The position numbers were made by a program, and so were the translations under genes. Shown here piece by piece: positions 1-13,099 of a DNA stretch of 64,000 bases; position 1 is the stretch's first letter; each line of letters starts with the position of its first letter. The stretch is from NCBI RefSeq assembly GCF_006345805.1, contig NW_021831752.1, forward strand, positions 326,022 to 390,021, written 5' to 3'. A model generated the notes under the pieces. It was given only the letters and a program-made list of their open reading frames with translations, made no database searches and was not told the DNA's origin. Origin of the DNA: Octopus sinensis (taxonomy: Eukaryota).

Positions 1-1
1 G

Positions 2-208
2 AATCAGTTTGTTCAGCCTGAGGGGGCTACGTTAGCACAGGAGGATATTGCACCTCAGAGATTGCAAGTTACAGAGGACGAGATGACTAAGGCTCAGTCA
101 CTTGCTTCTTCTTTTGGATTTCCTTTGTCGCAGTGTGTAGAGGCTCTACGTATTTGTAACGGAGATGTCAATTTAGCTGCGAGTTACCTCTTCGATAACG
201 CTGAGTGA
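2..208 (+). CDS. RAD23: 3' end of RAD23-like UV excision repair protein (C-terminal UBA domain), partial
   Basis: Frame from position 2 reads ..RLQVTEDEMTKAQSLASSFGFPLSQCVEALRICNGDVNLAASYLFDNAE*, resembling the RAD23 UBA2 motif (IQVT..E..AI.RL..LGF....EAY..C..N.NLAA..L). Gene starts before the window. Confidence 0.7.
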   Translation, partial: NQFVQPEGATLAQEDIAPQRLQVTEDEMTKAQSLASSFGFPLSQCVEALRICNGDVNLAASYLFDNAE

Positions 209-589
209 TTTCGTTGACATTCGTTTTTTGAATTTTGTTATTTTCTTTATAATTCTTATATTGTTTGTGGTGGTTAATGTTTTATCATGGTTAACCATAT
301 TCTCGCATTTGGTTGTTAACGGGAATCGATTTTGTTTTACATAGATTTGATTGTTTGAAAATGTATGAGTAAATTGAAACAGAAAATCAAATTATTTCAT
401 CAAGAAAATCGATTTATTTGATTTAATTCGGGGCAAATGAAAAAGAAAAATCAATGGTCTGTGAAATTATTATTGTTTATGCACTTTCTCAATGTCTTGG
501 ATCTTGACAAATCTTGTGCAGCACATGAAACAATAAGAGTTATTAGTTTTGTTCATTTTCCTCTATCTTGGGCGATGTCTCGTATACGT

Positions 590-1030
590 CAAGCCACTAC
601 GACTGCTCTAACGGAACGACTTTAAACTTTGAAATAATTCGTCTTTTGTGATTTTAGTACGGGCGTATTTAGGCTGACAAATAGATCGTGATGGAACATG
701 ACGTGATGAGTATTTATCGCGGAGCAAATTGAGGGCATTTTCCTTTACTTTAACAAGAATCGGAATCCTCAATGCGGCAAAGAAATCGCCGATTATTAAT
801 TTAGTCCGGACTCTTTTCCTGAGGTTGGCTTTTGAGGTTTGAAAAGTGTCGGCAGGTAATATTTAGGCCAAAAACAAAAAAATTCGCCCAGTCTTCGTTG
901 GAGTCAATTTGTATTGCTGTTTTGATTAAAGTGGACAATCTATCGGAAGCTAGAAATCTAACATGCTTTGGAATTCCAATTGGGACATGTCCCAGGCGGC
1001 GGTATTTAGAAAGATATGCCAAAATGGGAA
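590..1030 (-). mobile_element. Decayed CRE-clade non-LTR retrotransposon fragment (region N-terminal to RT)
   Basis: Minus strand gives ..EDWANFFVFG.. and KLIIGDFFAALRI..ITKDELFQSLKSFR*SSRSG, resembling the CRE pre-RT motifs (K...GD...A.R; V...E....I.SF..GS.GG). Contains stops. Confidence 0.5.
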
Positions 1031-1623
1031 AAATATGTCATTATTGTCTCGATTGAATTTCTTTGGAGTAAGTATTGGTAAATAAGGAATAGATGGAGTA
1101 TTAGTTCTAAAAACTCTTTTTCAAACGTTCATGCAATGAGCGCTAAGCCGGTTGGAAAGGGCCTGACTTTTTTTAATGCAGCCTAGATGGAAGTAGTTAA
1201 AGCAAGAATCACACAGGATACCAACTTTCTGACTGTTCAAGGACTTGCAGGTGACACATTCCATGACTAAACGTTATTATTATAACACATTCCGTAGGAA
1301 CATAAACAAAGTTATAATCCCACACGTGTCAAAAGCGAAACAATTTTCTGAACCATCCTCGTCCATGTCCCTCTGTTGCGGGCGAGATCCCGCAAAGATT
1401 CTAGGTCGTCCCAGTTTTTGAAACTTTTGCCATGAAGTTTGAGATCCCTTTCCATAACTGCCGGAAGAGTAGATCTAGGTCTTCCACAATATTTGTCTCT
1501 ATGTTCGGAGAAATAATCGTCCATTGCCCGATTGGCCGGAGCTCTGGGGCCCATTCGCAAAATATGGCCAAATAATTTCCACCGGCCTCCAACGATTTCT
1601 TGAGACAATGGCGTAGCATCGTA

Positions 1624-3144
1624 CAGTACCGCTCAAATGTTTCGGACCACCCTATTTTTCTCAATTTCCAAGTCAATCCTAAATTATTTTTATACGGTTC
1701 TTTAGAGAAACTTATTAGATAAGCTTAAACACATTTATTCTATTTTAAAAACTTGGACAGATATTCATGTTTGGCGCAATTTTAAAATTATCGATTTTAT
1801 ACTCGATCATATGTTCCGGACCAGTTTAAAAAAAACCGAAAATTTATTAAACTTATAAAAAGTTAATAATTAATATTTCCTCCGTTGTTCGTTATAACAG
1901 CATTTATTCGCTCTGGAAGTGAATTGTATAATTTTTCAATGTACGAATTATCAATCTCGTACCAAATTTTTTTGGTCAAATTCCAGAGCTCTGGAAGATC
2001 TTTTGGTTCCAGATCATAAAGTTTTTGTTTTAGTACCGACCACATATTTTCAATAATATTCAGTTCGGGTGACTGGCTCGGCCAAGTTTCTAAGATTTTA
2101 ATTTGTTTCCTTTGAAAAAAATTCATTGTCGACATGGACCGATGGGAAGGAGCGCCGTCTTGCTGGAGATACATGGTCTCATCATAAAAATTTTCGAGTC
2201 CAACATTTATAATTCTCTGATACTCTGCGGAATCAACATTTTTAATGCATAAGACAATGTTTCTCCATCCATTTGCAGCAATAGCTCCCCAGACCATAAT
2301 GCTAGGAGAAAATTTTCGTGTTTTTAAACAATATTTTGAGTCAAATCTAGAGTTTGGTGGCCTTCTAACATAATTTTTTGTGTTTGAATGCAAATTTATT
2401 TTGCATTCATCACTAAAAATAATTTTACCCCAATCATTTTGGCTCCAAGTTAATTTCTCAATGCACCAATTTTTTCTAGCCTTTTTATGGCATATGGAAA
2501 GACTTGGTTTTGGGCATTGCTTTCGCCCATTCAAATTATTTCTTTGTAGGCATCTTTTAATTGTATTTGTGCTTACAATAGAATTTAATTTCATATCAAA
2601 TTTAATTTGATTTGCCGTTTTTGTGGGGTCTGCTTTCGAAATTCTCACTAATTTGCGTTCAGATCTTGGGGATAACAATCTCGGTCGACCAGATTTGGGT
2701 CTGTCGGAATATAGTCCAACGGATGAATATCTGGAAATTGTTCTTTGAACAGCAGTTTTGGATATTTTTAATTTTTCGGCAATTTCTCTTTGTGAAGCTC
2801 CATCTTTAAAAAAAGTGATGATAGCGACCCGATCAACCAGTGAAACACGCGGCATTTGTTATTTATTAGTCTTTTGTTTTTAATTGAATCAAAAATTATT
2901 TAAATTTAAAGAGATTTAACTGGTTCGAAACATATGATTGCAACTGGTCCGGAACATATGATCGAGTCAAAAATCAATTATATTCAATTGGCGCCAAACA
3001 AAAATATTTAAAGAAAATTTTAGAATAGAATAAATGTATTTAAGCTTATCTAATAAGTTTCTCTAAAGAACCGTATAAAAATAATTTAGGATTGACTTGG
3101 AAATTGAGAAAAATAGGGTGGTCCGAAACATTTGAGCGGTACTG
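1624..3144 (-). mobile_element. Full-length Tc1-family DNA transposon with ~200-bp IR/DR-type TIRs
   Basis: TA TSD at 1622-1623 and 3145-3146; TIR starts CAGTACCGCTCAAATGTTTCGGACCACCC and the first 106 bp are identical at both ends; inner direct repeats near 1803-1826 and 2918-2968. Confidence 0.97.
1863..2855 (-). CDS. Intact 330-aa Tc1 transposase (DD35E spacing)
   Basis: Paired-like HTH, GRPR motif, IFSDE, QQDGAPSH and WPSQSPELNIIEN; no stops or frameshifts. Confidence 0.95.
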   Translation of the reverse strand: MPRVSLVDRVAIITFFKDGASQREIAEKLKISKTAVQRTISRYSSVGLYSDRPKSGRPRLLSPRSERKLVRISKADPTKTANQIKFDMKLNSIVSTNTIKRCLQRNNLNGRKQCPKPSLSICHKKARKNWCIEKLTWSQNDWGKIIFSDECKINLHSNTKNYVRRPPNSRFDSKYCLKTRKFSPSIMVWGAIAANGWRNIVLCIKNVDSAEYQRIINVGLENFYDETMYLQQDGAPSHRSMSTMNFFQRKQIKILETWPSQSPELNIIENMWSVLKQKLYDLEPKDLPELWNLTKKIWYEIDNSYIEKLYNSLPERINAVITNNGGNINY

Positions 3145-3389
3145 TAATGTCTATACAGTGATAGATTGTTAATTTTTGTTGGCCAGTGTATTCCGTGTAA
3201 GAGACGTAGTTGTTTTAGGTGAAAAGAGTCTATAGTCTATAGACTAAACGTTAGGAAACAATTTTGTCAATTCTTGATTTGTTTTTTTTCATATTATCAT
3301 TTTCAGCGTTATTAATTGCAAAACCCAGTGTAAATTAAAAATTCTTTTGTGGGTTGTAACTAACAGTTTCGTATATTAAACTGATTATA

Positions 3390-3570
3390 ATCCGCTCTAT
3401 CGACAGAAATGGTGTGGCATTAAATCTGCCTGACATTCGAGACTTACAATAAGATTTTATTAGCTTTACGGGTTTTCAGTGATCTCAATTCTTTGGATTC
3501 GGTTCCCTTGTAAGTCTTCGGAGCTCCAGTCGTCTCAAACGCAATGGAAAAACAATTTATTTTCGTCCGC
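3390..3570 (-). mobile_element. Short decayed CRE-like 3' remnant
   Basis: AFETTG motif resembling the CRE endonuclease C-terminal F.P.AFET.G; heavily degraded. Confidence 0.3.
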
Positions 3571-3689
3571 TTTTCTCAGTAAAGGAGATTAAGCAATAGT
3601 GGCGAATCTAGGCCAAAAGTATTTATCTTTCTCAATGTTTCTGTTTAATGCTTAAACTATGAAAAATCAGATCAGGCAGGTTTACCATT

Positions 3690-6600
3690 CATGCACGTCC
3701 TTCTAAAATAAAAAGATATTTCAATAGAATACACTTATTACTAGGGCAACCAAAAAATTGCACTTTTTAATAAAAAAAATTGCAAAAATGAATTTTAAAA
3801 ATTGTAAAAAATTGCAAAAATAATTTTTTTTAATTGTAAACATTACATTATGCAAAAAATTAACGAAATTATTTATTGTAATAGGAAATCAAATATTCCT
3901 GAACATTTTCAGGTTTAAAGTTCCTCTCTTTACTAAGAATTTTCGTCAAAAGAGATATTGCCCTTTCGATAGATGCTGAACTTGCGCTACATTTTCTGAG
4001 ATGTGAATAAACTTCTGGCGATAGATTCTTATTTGAGAATTCAAGAATACTTAGTATTCCTGATTTCTCAAGCTTTTTTGATATATAGGATTTTATGTCG
4101 CATGGACCTGATGTAAAGTCTAGGGTGTTTAGATCACCATAAGCTGTTGCAATGGAGTAATCAAGCAATTCAGTATTTGAAATCATTTCAATTAATCCCA
4201 AATAATTTGAACTGATTTGGGTTAAGCTTGGAAACAACGTAGGATTATTCACTGATTTTTTTGCCTAAAATAATTAAAAACTAAAACATTTTGTATTAAA
4301 ACTCCATCTCCTTCAAATTCAGATACGATTTTAATAATTTCTGGAAGATTCTGGGAGTAATATTTTGCTGCTTTTAGCCAGCTTCCCCATCTTGTAACCA
4401 CAACTTCGGGTGGATTTCCGATTCGTGAAAACATCTCCAAACGTCTCTTGTTTTTGACTGTGGCAGCCTTTATAGACGAAATCAATTCATCAACATCTGC
4501 GAAGTATGCCTTAATCTTTAGAGCACAGTTGTGCAATAAATGTGACACGCAAGTCACGTGGAAAAGATTTTGGTATATCAATTTCATTGATGCCCCAGCT
4601 AAAATTAAATTTATTTATATATACCACTGGTCATATATCTCGCCCCATCTGTAACGAATAATATAAAATTTTCACGTTCAATAGAAAATTTCTTTATTAC
4701 TTTGTCCACCTCAACACAAATTGTTGAAGTAGTAGGCGGATAATATAGATTGGTACACGATACTAAATGAAGATTTTTTGGAGTGGAGATTTTCCCAATC
4801 AAAGTAATTAAAAAACGAGTTCCATTGATTTGGGCTTCATCACAAACAAAAAAAACACATTCCCCACTATTGAATAACTTAAAAAAAACAACAGTAAATG
4901 AGTCTGAATGGTATTAATTTTATATTTTGATATTTCTTTAACATTTAACCTGCAAGATGATTCAGATGGCAAAGGATATGTTTCCTGCTCAAAAAGCCGT
5001 ATGAGGGAAGAATGTCTGATTTTATAAATTGGTATGTTTGCCTCCAAAAACGCTTGTGTTACTTTGATCCCCCAATCCTTTCGAGTATCCGTTATCGCCG
5101 AAAGAAATGTTTGTGAACTCTGAGATGAATTTGTCCATTCTATAAATTTAAATTCAAAGAAATACTGTGTGCTTTTAAATGTTTTTTTGAAGAACGGTGC
5201 GCATCAACAAAAAATTTTGTGTCACACCGTACAACAGTTGAGCAATTGGAGCAAAATAAATTCCCTTCACTGTCAATAACAAACTCGGGGAATTTCTTTG
5301 CATAAAATGAAATTTTCTGTGACACTGTCCTTTTACCCATTACAACAAACAACTAAAACACGTTTTAATAATCTTTTACTTATAATTATATTATTTTTAA
5401 TAAAAAAATTTTTTTTTAATTTAAAAAATTGCAAAAAATTGTAAAATGACTACAAAAAATTGCAAAAAATTGCAAATTTAAATCGAATAAAAATATAATT
5501 AAAATTAATGTCTATTCATTACTTTATTATTTATCGAATTTTAATTAAATTATATTTAATTGCAAAAAATTGCAATTGGTTGCCCTACTTATTACCTTCC
5601 CTGTCGTTACTACAATCTGGGATTCGTAATCAACCGAAAATTAGAAAAGCCTGTATTCCGGATGTGGTCCGTCTCGGACAGGATTCCGGTGTTTTAAATC
5701 AAATTAGGAACCAGGCTCAACTTTTTGGCCACATTCATTAATGTGTAGGCGCCGACTGGACCCGAAGCTTATGCTAACTCGAAAGAACTTTATGAATTCT
5801 AATCCACCCTCAAACATTGATACAACACTTTCAAGAATGCCAAAGCTGGGGAAGTCAGACCTGGGGAAACATGTATTGGATTCCATAAAAAAAACCCGGA
5901 AAACCCCTTTGATTCAATTCTGTATCTGTTTAGACCTATTTTTATGTAACACGGCATTTCGTCATCTAGCCAAACACAAAACGACATGGACTGGAATTAG
6001 AAAGTAGAAATATTCAATCCAATAGACTATATTCTATGCAAAGCTGCCCATAAACATTTGCTTGTAGATTTGCGGTTATATGGGGAATTGAAGACAAATA
6101 GTGACCACAACCTAGTAATCACTCACGTGGACTGTATAAGGCATACAACCAACTGAAAAAAACTTACTATGGGAGCTGCTGTCATTTACAAAAAAAGAGA
6201 CTTTATCTGAGTTTTGTTACAAAATGTTTAACTGAGCGGATGAATCAGGACACAAAATTTATCCACATTCGGTAGGAGAATTAAGTTTGGCAATAGACAC
6301 TTGTGAAGTATTGGAGGCCGGCAGGTTTGAGGAACCAGATAATATCCAACCTGAACTAGTAAAGTACGCGCAAATGAAACTTGCTAAAACAATTGCAGAC
6401 ATCCTGAACAAAGCATTTCAACAGAACAGTCCATTATATTTTGATAAAGGATGGTTAATTCCATTGCAGTTACTGGGAAAACAGAAAAGACCCCACCCAA
6501 CTTAAAACCTATTATTCTACTATTACGCTCCGGAAAACATCATCGCTGGTCGCATTAGAGACTAGAAGAATTAAGGTGGAAAATTGTTTGTCGCCAGGGA

Positions 6601-7720
6601 AAAGAGGGTTTAGAACTGGACATCCACGCTGATGTTATCTGTACACATAGAAGGACCGCTGGCTTATGTCAGAAATACAAACAGAACACTGAGATACTCG
6701 GAATGGATATGTCCAAAGCATTCGACTCAGTTCACAAAATTAAACTTGTGGAAATATTTGTGACCTTTTAAATCAAGACAATATCAGAATCATCCTAAAA
6801 CATTTTAAAACTCTCATCTATCAAACTACCAATTAGTTTGGCAAAACTGTGTCAAAATATTTCTACACATCACAAAGCAAACCACAGGGTGGCTCACTGT
6901 TCCAGTTCTATTTATCGTCTTCCTAATTTCAGGTCCACGGAAACTGCCATTTAATACGCAGTGTGGCGTCATAGAGCTGCCCCTCAGGTTCTCGACTATT
7001 CTTTGACTTAGTTACTTTTTCCTGTTCTCAATTTTTACAAAATATTAGAGAACATGACCAAATATATTTTCGAAATGATTTCTAACAGTCAATTATAATA
7101 AAACGGAATACACGAAAATTGTTGGAGCTATACTCACCTATGATGAACACTGGAGAAAGCGTTAAAAAGTCGGATCACTGCTAGATGACTCTGAAGATGT
7201 CACCCATAGAAAGATAATATCAATCGCATAATAAATTCTTAAACATTTGGCGTGTAAGAAAGCTAAATGCAAAGACAAAACTAAATATTTATAACACGTT
7301 TATTGTTCCAGTTTTGACGTATAACTGACCGAAATGGGGAATCATTAAAGCTGAATTAAACAATTTGAACCAATTTCATTGAAACAAACTGAGAAGAATT
7401 ATACAATTTCCAAGAAAAATATAAACTTGACATTATACAAAAGATTTAGTTCGAGACCGATCTCCGTGGACATTTTGAATTCAATATGGCGACTTTTTGG
7501 CCACATCTAAGACTGGGCAGATCATCTGCTAAATACGCAATGGAAGGCTTCTTTGTTCGATCATTCTGTGAAAGTTCCAGAGTCACTCTAACTACCGCAT
7601 TAAGAGAAGACTTTACATGAATAAACAAACAATTTACAAAGTGAAGAACACTAGCAAACAACAAGAGGACATGGAAACGCATGTGCGGAAAGATACTAGC
7701 ACAAGGAAAACTTAATTAGA
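3690..7720 (+). mobile_element. Decayed RTE-clade retrotransposon (APE endonuclease + RT), interrupted by a hAT element
   Basis: APE motifs (YYNLGFVINRKL..WSVSDRI; LCNTAFRH..KHKTTWTG; QIDYIL), RT motifs (DMSKAFDSV; PQGGSL) and C-terminal WRLFGHI near 7490; many stops and frameshifts. Confidence 0.8.
3742..5587 (-). mobile_element. hAT-superfamily DNA transposon with frameshifted transposase
   Basis: 8-bp TSD CTTATTAC at 3734-3741 and 5588-5595; TIR TAGGGCAACCAA; subterminal AAATTGCAAA repeats. ORF pieces give a BED-like finger (LFCSNCS..H....H), VTDGARYM, HVTCVSHLLHNC, TRWGSW and SSASIER. Confidence 0.93.
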
Positions 7721-8024
7721 AAATTTTCAGGCTATTCTTCTCGAAGACTCAACGATTTTTGTAGTAGTAAATCATTGCATGTACAGAGAGCACTGATGTA
7801 GAATTTTCTTGGTTTAAAAACTCACCATTTAGCTATTTTCTTGCCTATATTGAAGTTTCACTTAAATGAATCATAACGTAATGGCGTAAGTAATACCCTG
7901 GATAACTAAATTGATATCTGACATGAATACTACCAATTTAATAACAATTGTGAAAATGATAATTTTGCCTAAGACAGTTGTTTATTGGGTCAATAATTAT
8001 GTAAATAGAACATTAGATAACACA

Positions 8025-8655
8025 TCATTTCATTAGTTTTTTAATTTTTGTCTCCTGTGTGCTGAGTTGATGATTCACCATCGCAGAACGATTATTAATT
8101 TTATCGAGTTGTTTATTTTGCTGTTCAATTTCTTCATTCAGTCCGAGAGCCAATCCCCTCAGTCTGCTAACACCCGATGAAATCAGTCCAACATTCGAAT
8201 CCAAATCACCAGTCTCCTCCACGACAGAATGGGTTACACCAGTCTGAGTCAAAGGTTTCTCAGACTCCTTCCTCACAGGAGAAACGGAAGGTGCTGATTT
8301 TTTGAAGGAGAATAAACTGCGGAAAAAACTACCCATTCCATCAATATTTTTTTGTGAGTCTTTGAGGTTTTCCTCCATCGATTCCAGCTTGGAGTCAATA
8401 TTTCTGAGTTGTTCTCCCTGACGACTCAATTGCTGGGAGATTAAAAGAAAGAGGTACTTCTGCAGTGGACAGTCCAGTGACCTCACTCTCGTTTATAAGG
8501 GATATTACGCGTTGAGTTGACTCGAGTTTTCTTTGGCTTATGGTTTTGGCTTCGTTGAGAAGGTTGGACCTCTTCGATTCGGCTTTGGCTTGATTTTGAT
8601 TTCCGAAAGAGTACTCGTCGTCGCTGTCTTCAAGGAAGGGATTAACCGGAGACAT
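8025..8655 (-). CDS. SNAP29: SNAP29 Qbc-SNARE, 2 exons
   Basis: N-terminal NPF motif (NPFLEDSDD) and two SNARE coils. A 25-nt GT-AG intron at 8433-8457 joins GLSTAE to QLSRQGEQL in frame; 201 aa. Confidence 0.9.
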
Positions 8656-9074
8656 GTTTAAGGTCAACTAAATATTTTAATTTATTTTGTTATACATTTT
8701 AGAAATAATTTGAATATTAATTTATTATAGATAAAAGTCATAAATAAGGATTATATTCAACATTTGCCATCGACTGTTGTCTCTTAGAGCTCGTCATATT
8801 GGCAGTAAAATTAACTAAATTATTCTGTGTTTTGTGTATATTTATCAAAAATTAATCAAATTTATTTAAAATGGCGTCTCTTCTGTGGTCACTGGACCAT
8901 CTATCCTGTCGACCACGGGTTCCTTACGTCTCTTCCAATTGTCCCCACATTGATTTATACAATCTATTCAAATTTAAACCATTTCAAAAATATTAAAAAA
9001 TCTAGCCTACTCACATATATATAAAATACCCAAATATATAATTATTAATTAAAACTATAATAAATATTAATTAA

Positions 9075-9716
9075 TCATTGATGTGACTTATCCATTCTGA
9101 GGAGAAGCGAGGCCACAGTGTAGCGGAGAGAGTCGAACTGAGGGACAGACATCTGCATTTATTACCCTAATAGTACTTGTACATGCTTAGACGACCCATC
9201 CCCCCACACAAATGTAACACACACAGTCGGTTTTAGCACTTTGCTGGCCAAACTGGACGACACTGTCACAACCACACGCCACTCCAGTCGCACGTGACTA
9301 ATCCCACGACCTTTCCTAAGAGATTTGACCTCAACGACACTGCCAATTCGCTACCACACCAAATTACTGTCGGGGATTCCCAAGAATTGTGCAGATCGAG
9401 TTAGCGACGAGTCCATAACATCCACTGTTGCTCAACTCCTCGGATATATTCTAAATAGACAAAGAAAGTCCACCAATTTGGGTGAATTAAGCATTCGGAG
9501 AGACCACAACATGAATTCGTGGATATATGCCATGCATTTTTGGATGAGATGTTCGTCCATTTCCTCCTTCAGTACTCTGATTTTAGAGGGAGTGTGGGGG
9601 GAATTGAGGACACACATGTACGAGGCTGTATTAGGTATGTCTATACTTTCACACAGTCGGTGAATCGTGTCTTCGGGGAGATTTTGGAGGACCCCCTCCA
9701 CATCACCACGTCGCAT
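9075..9716 (-). CDS. COMMD5: COMM-domain protein, COMMD5-like, 4 exons
   Basis: Introns at 9451-9473 (23 nt), 9340-9367 (28 nt) and 9153-9176 (24 nt) give 188 aa ending ISHVRLEWRVVVTVSSSLAS..MSVPQFDSLRYTVASLLLRM, matching the COMMD5 COMM domain. Confidence 0.8.
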
Positions 9717-10822
9717 TGAATTAATAAATATATTTGAAATAATTAAATATTGGTATTTAAATAAGGAATTAAAATTGAAACCAAACAGTAAAGTGTTATT
9801 CTAATATTTTTAGTCTTTTTTAGTTTTCGAAATTATCCATGTAGTTAGTCTGAAAATTATATTCATAAAATAAACCATATCGAAAAGTATAATTTTACAC
9901 TCCTCGTATTCTATTCCTGGATTCTAAAAATTACAGTCAAAAAATAAACCGAGGACTGATCATCATCAGGCATTTTTGAAGAGAATTAAATCAAAATTTG
10001 TTTTATACTGACAGTTGATTGCGTATTTGTATAAACTCGGAAATACGACATTTTTAAATTCACTTAAAGAATGTTTTTTCATTTTTGAAATGATTATATT
10101 TTTCGATTTTTGATTACAATCTACTTAATACGACATTGTTAAGAATTGATTTCCAAAAATTATTTAATAAGATTTTTCGAACTTATTTTAACAGGCACCA
10201 TGTCTACTTTGTTAAATCATAAATTTTCATCTTTTTTAAATTGGCGAATTTTTAATATTTTTGAAGAGAATGCAAGACAGAATTTGAATTTTTGACACTT
10301 GATGTGTCACATATTCCTGTAAAAGAGAAACTGATTAAGATTCTTTGAGGCTGAGAAAGCCTGTCGTTTAAAAATGTGATACATTCTTTTTGAAATAATC
10401 AAAATTAAAAAAATTCTAAAATTAATCTTAATTGGTTTGATATCATTCACATCGTATTTAATTTTTAATGCCATTTAAAATTTCTAGAAATAAATACCAA
10501 TTTATAAGTTTTTTGGCAGTTGAATGATTTTCTGACAACGAATTTAACTAAAAAGTGTCTAGAATCTGTCTATAAACAATTTTTTCTATTTAATTGAAAA
10601 CCCTAATAGAGAAATATGGCAGAAGTGAACTGTGGTGGTTAGACCGAGCCTCAAGTCGACCATTGTCACAAATTTTTTAGTTCCGTGAACGAGGAATGCT
10701 TAAAGTAATTTTTCTGAGTTTATTATCTGATTTTTCTGAATTAATTTATCACTCTTAACTTTTAATACTTAAATTAACGCTGACTGTTGTTGTGGTATTT
10801 AATGTATGTGAATGCTGTAAAA

Positions 10823-12082
<1,260 letters not shown>

Positions 12083-12343
12083 CCGTATATTATTGTTTCG
12101 TAGATTTAAGTCACCCGTCATTAACTCTCCCTTTCCTCATTAACAAATAATTGTTCTTAAACAGAAAATATAAAAATCATTATAAAAAAATCACAGTTCA
12201 TTCATTACTAATAAATTAGCGAGCAGTTCATACAGTGGGTCAAATTAGTCTTAGGACACTTGTTTATTTTTAATAAAATTTTATTTTCGTTAACATAGCT
12301 GTTTTTATTTAATTTTTTCCAATAGTATGTCACAGTCCGAATA

Positions 12344-12940
12344 TGTCGCGAGCGCTGCAAGCGATCGAGCGCTGAGAGCGACTTTAACGCCTAACAAGCC
12401 TGTCATCAACAAATATATTTATTAAATTATTTAAATTTAACATGATTTAAAATTGAAATAACTTAAGTTTTCCATTGAATCCCATAAAATAATTTATAAG
12501 TAGACCTTAATATAAAAAGTAAAATCAATGAATACTGAACGCTAATTTGGTTTAGGTTGTGAGGGGGTAATAATTTGACAGATCTCATTGCTATTTCTCG
12601 TTTCAATCTCTAAAATTAGGTCTTCTAATCACAAATGAACTGTGCAGACAGGCTTGCTCCTTCAGAAGATTCCTGTTTTGACATTTTAATAAATTATGAA
12701 GCATTAGATTTTTTCTCATTATTCTAAAATATCAATTACAAATTTTAAAATATTATTTTTATTTATGAAATCGGTTTTAAAGCACATTCTGCTTTAGCAT
12801 CGATTTTAATTTTTGTAATCGAATATATTTAAACCCAAATACCAGCACGGGTATTTGTCAATTTATGAATTTGTTGATTGATCGCATCTAGAAATTGAGT
12901 GATCGCTCGCTGCGCTCGGTCGCTCGCAGCGCTCGCGACA
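12344..12940. mobile_element. Non-coding TGT..ACA MITE inserted in the Ginger TIR
   Basis: Imperfect ~38-bp TIR TGTCGCGAGCGCTGC..; 5-bp TSD GAATA at 12339-12343 and 12941-12945. Confidence 0.85.
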
Positions 12941-13099
12941 GAATAAAATACACGCCGAATAATTACATTCTTTAATTTTACTGAAATTAAAAATTTACAC
13001 AACAAAATGTTTAATTATTATTAAAAATATGATTTTTAATGTAAAATTCATTAACCTTTTTTACTAATTTATATAAACAAAACCAACCACACTCAATTT

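Larger units (their letters stand above)
1277..3241 (-). mobile_element. 5'-truncated RTE-clade retrotransposon, interrupted by a Tc1 element
   Basis: 12-bp TSD GACTAAACGTTA at 1265-1276 and 3242-3253; short (TAA)n tail. Removing the Tc1 restores DSFHLKQLRLLHGIHWPTKINNLSLYRHYDATPLSQEIVGGRWKLFGHILR, a typical RTE C-terminus. Confidence 0.9.

Noticed and set aside
9351-9367. 17-nt intron or read-through TAG in COMMD5
   Set aside because: The 17-nt excision breaks the COMM-domain frame; the 28-nt intron restores it.
9780-10800. Feature in the COMMD5-PDHB spacer
   Set aside because: AT-rich, with no ORF, repeat or terminal structure I could support.
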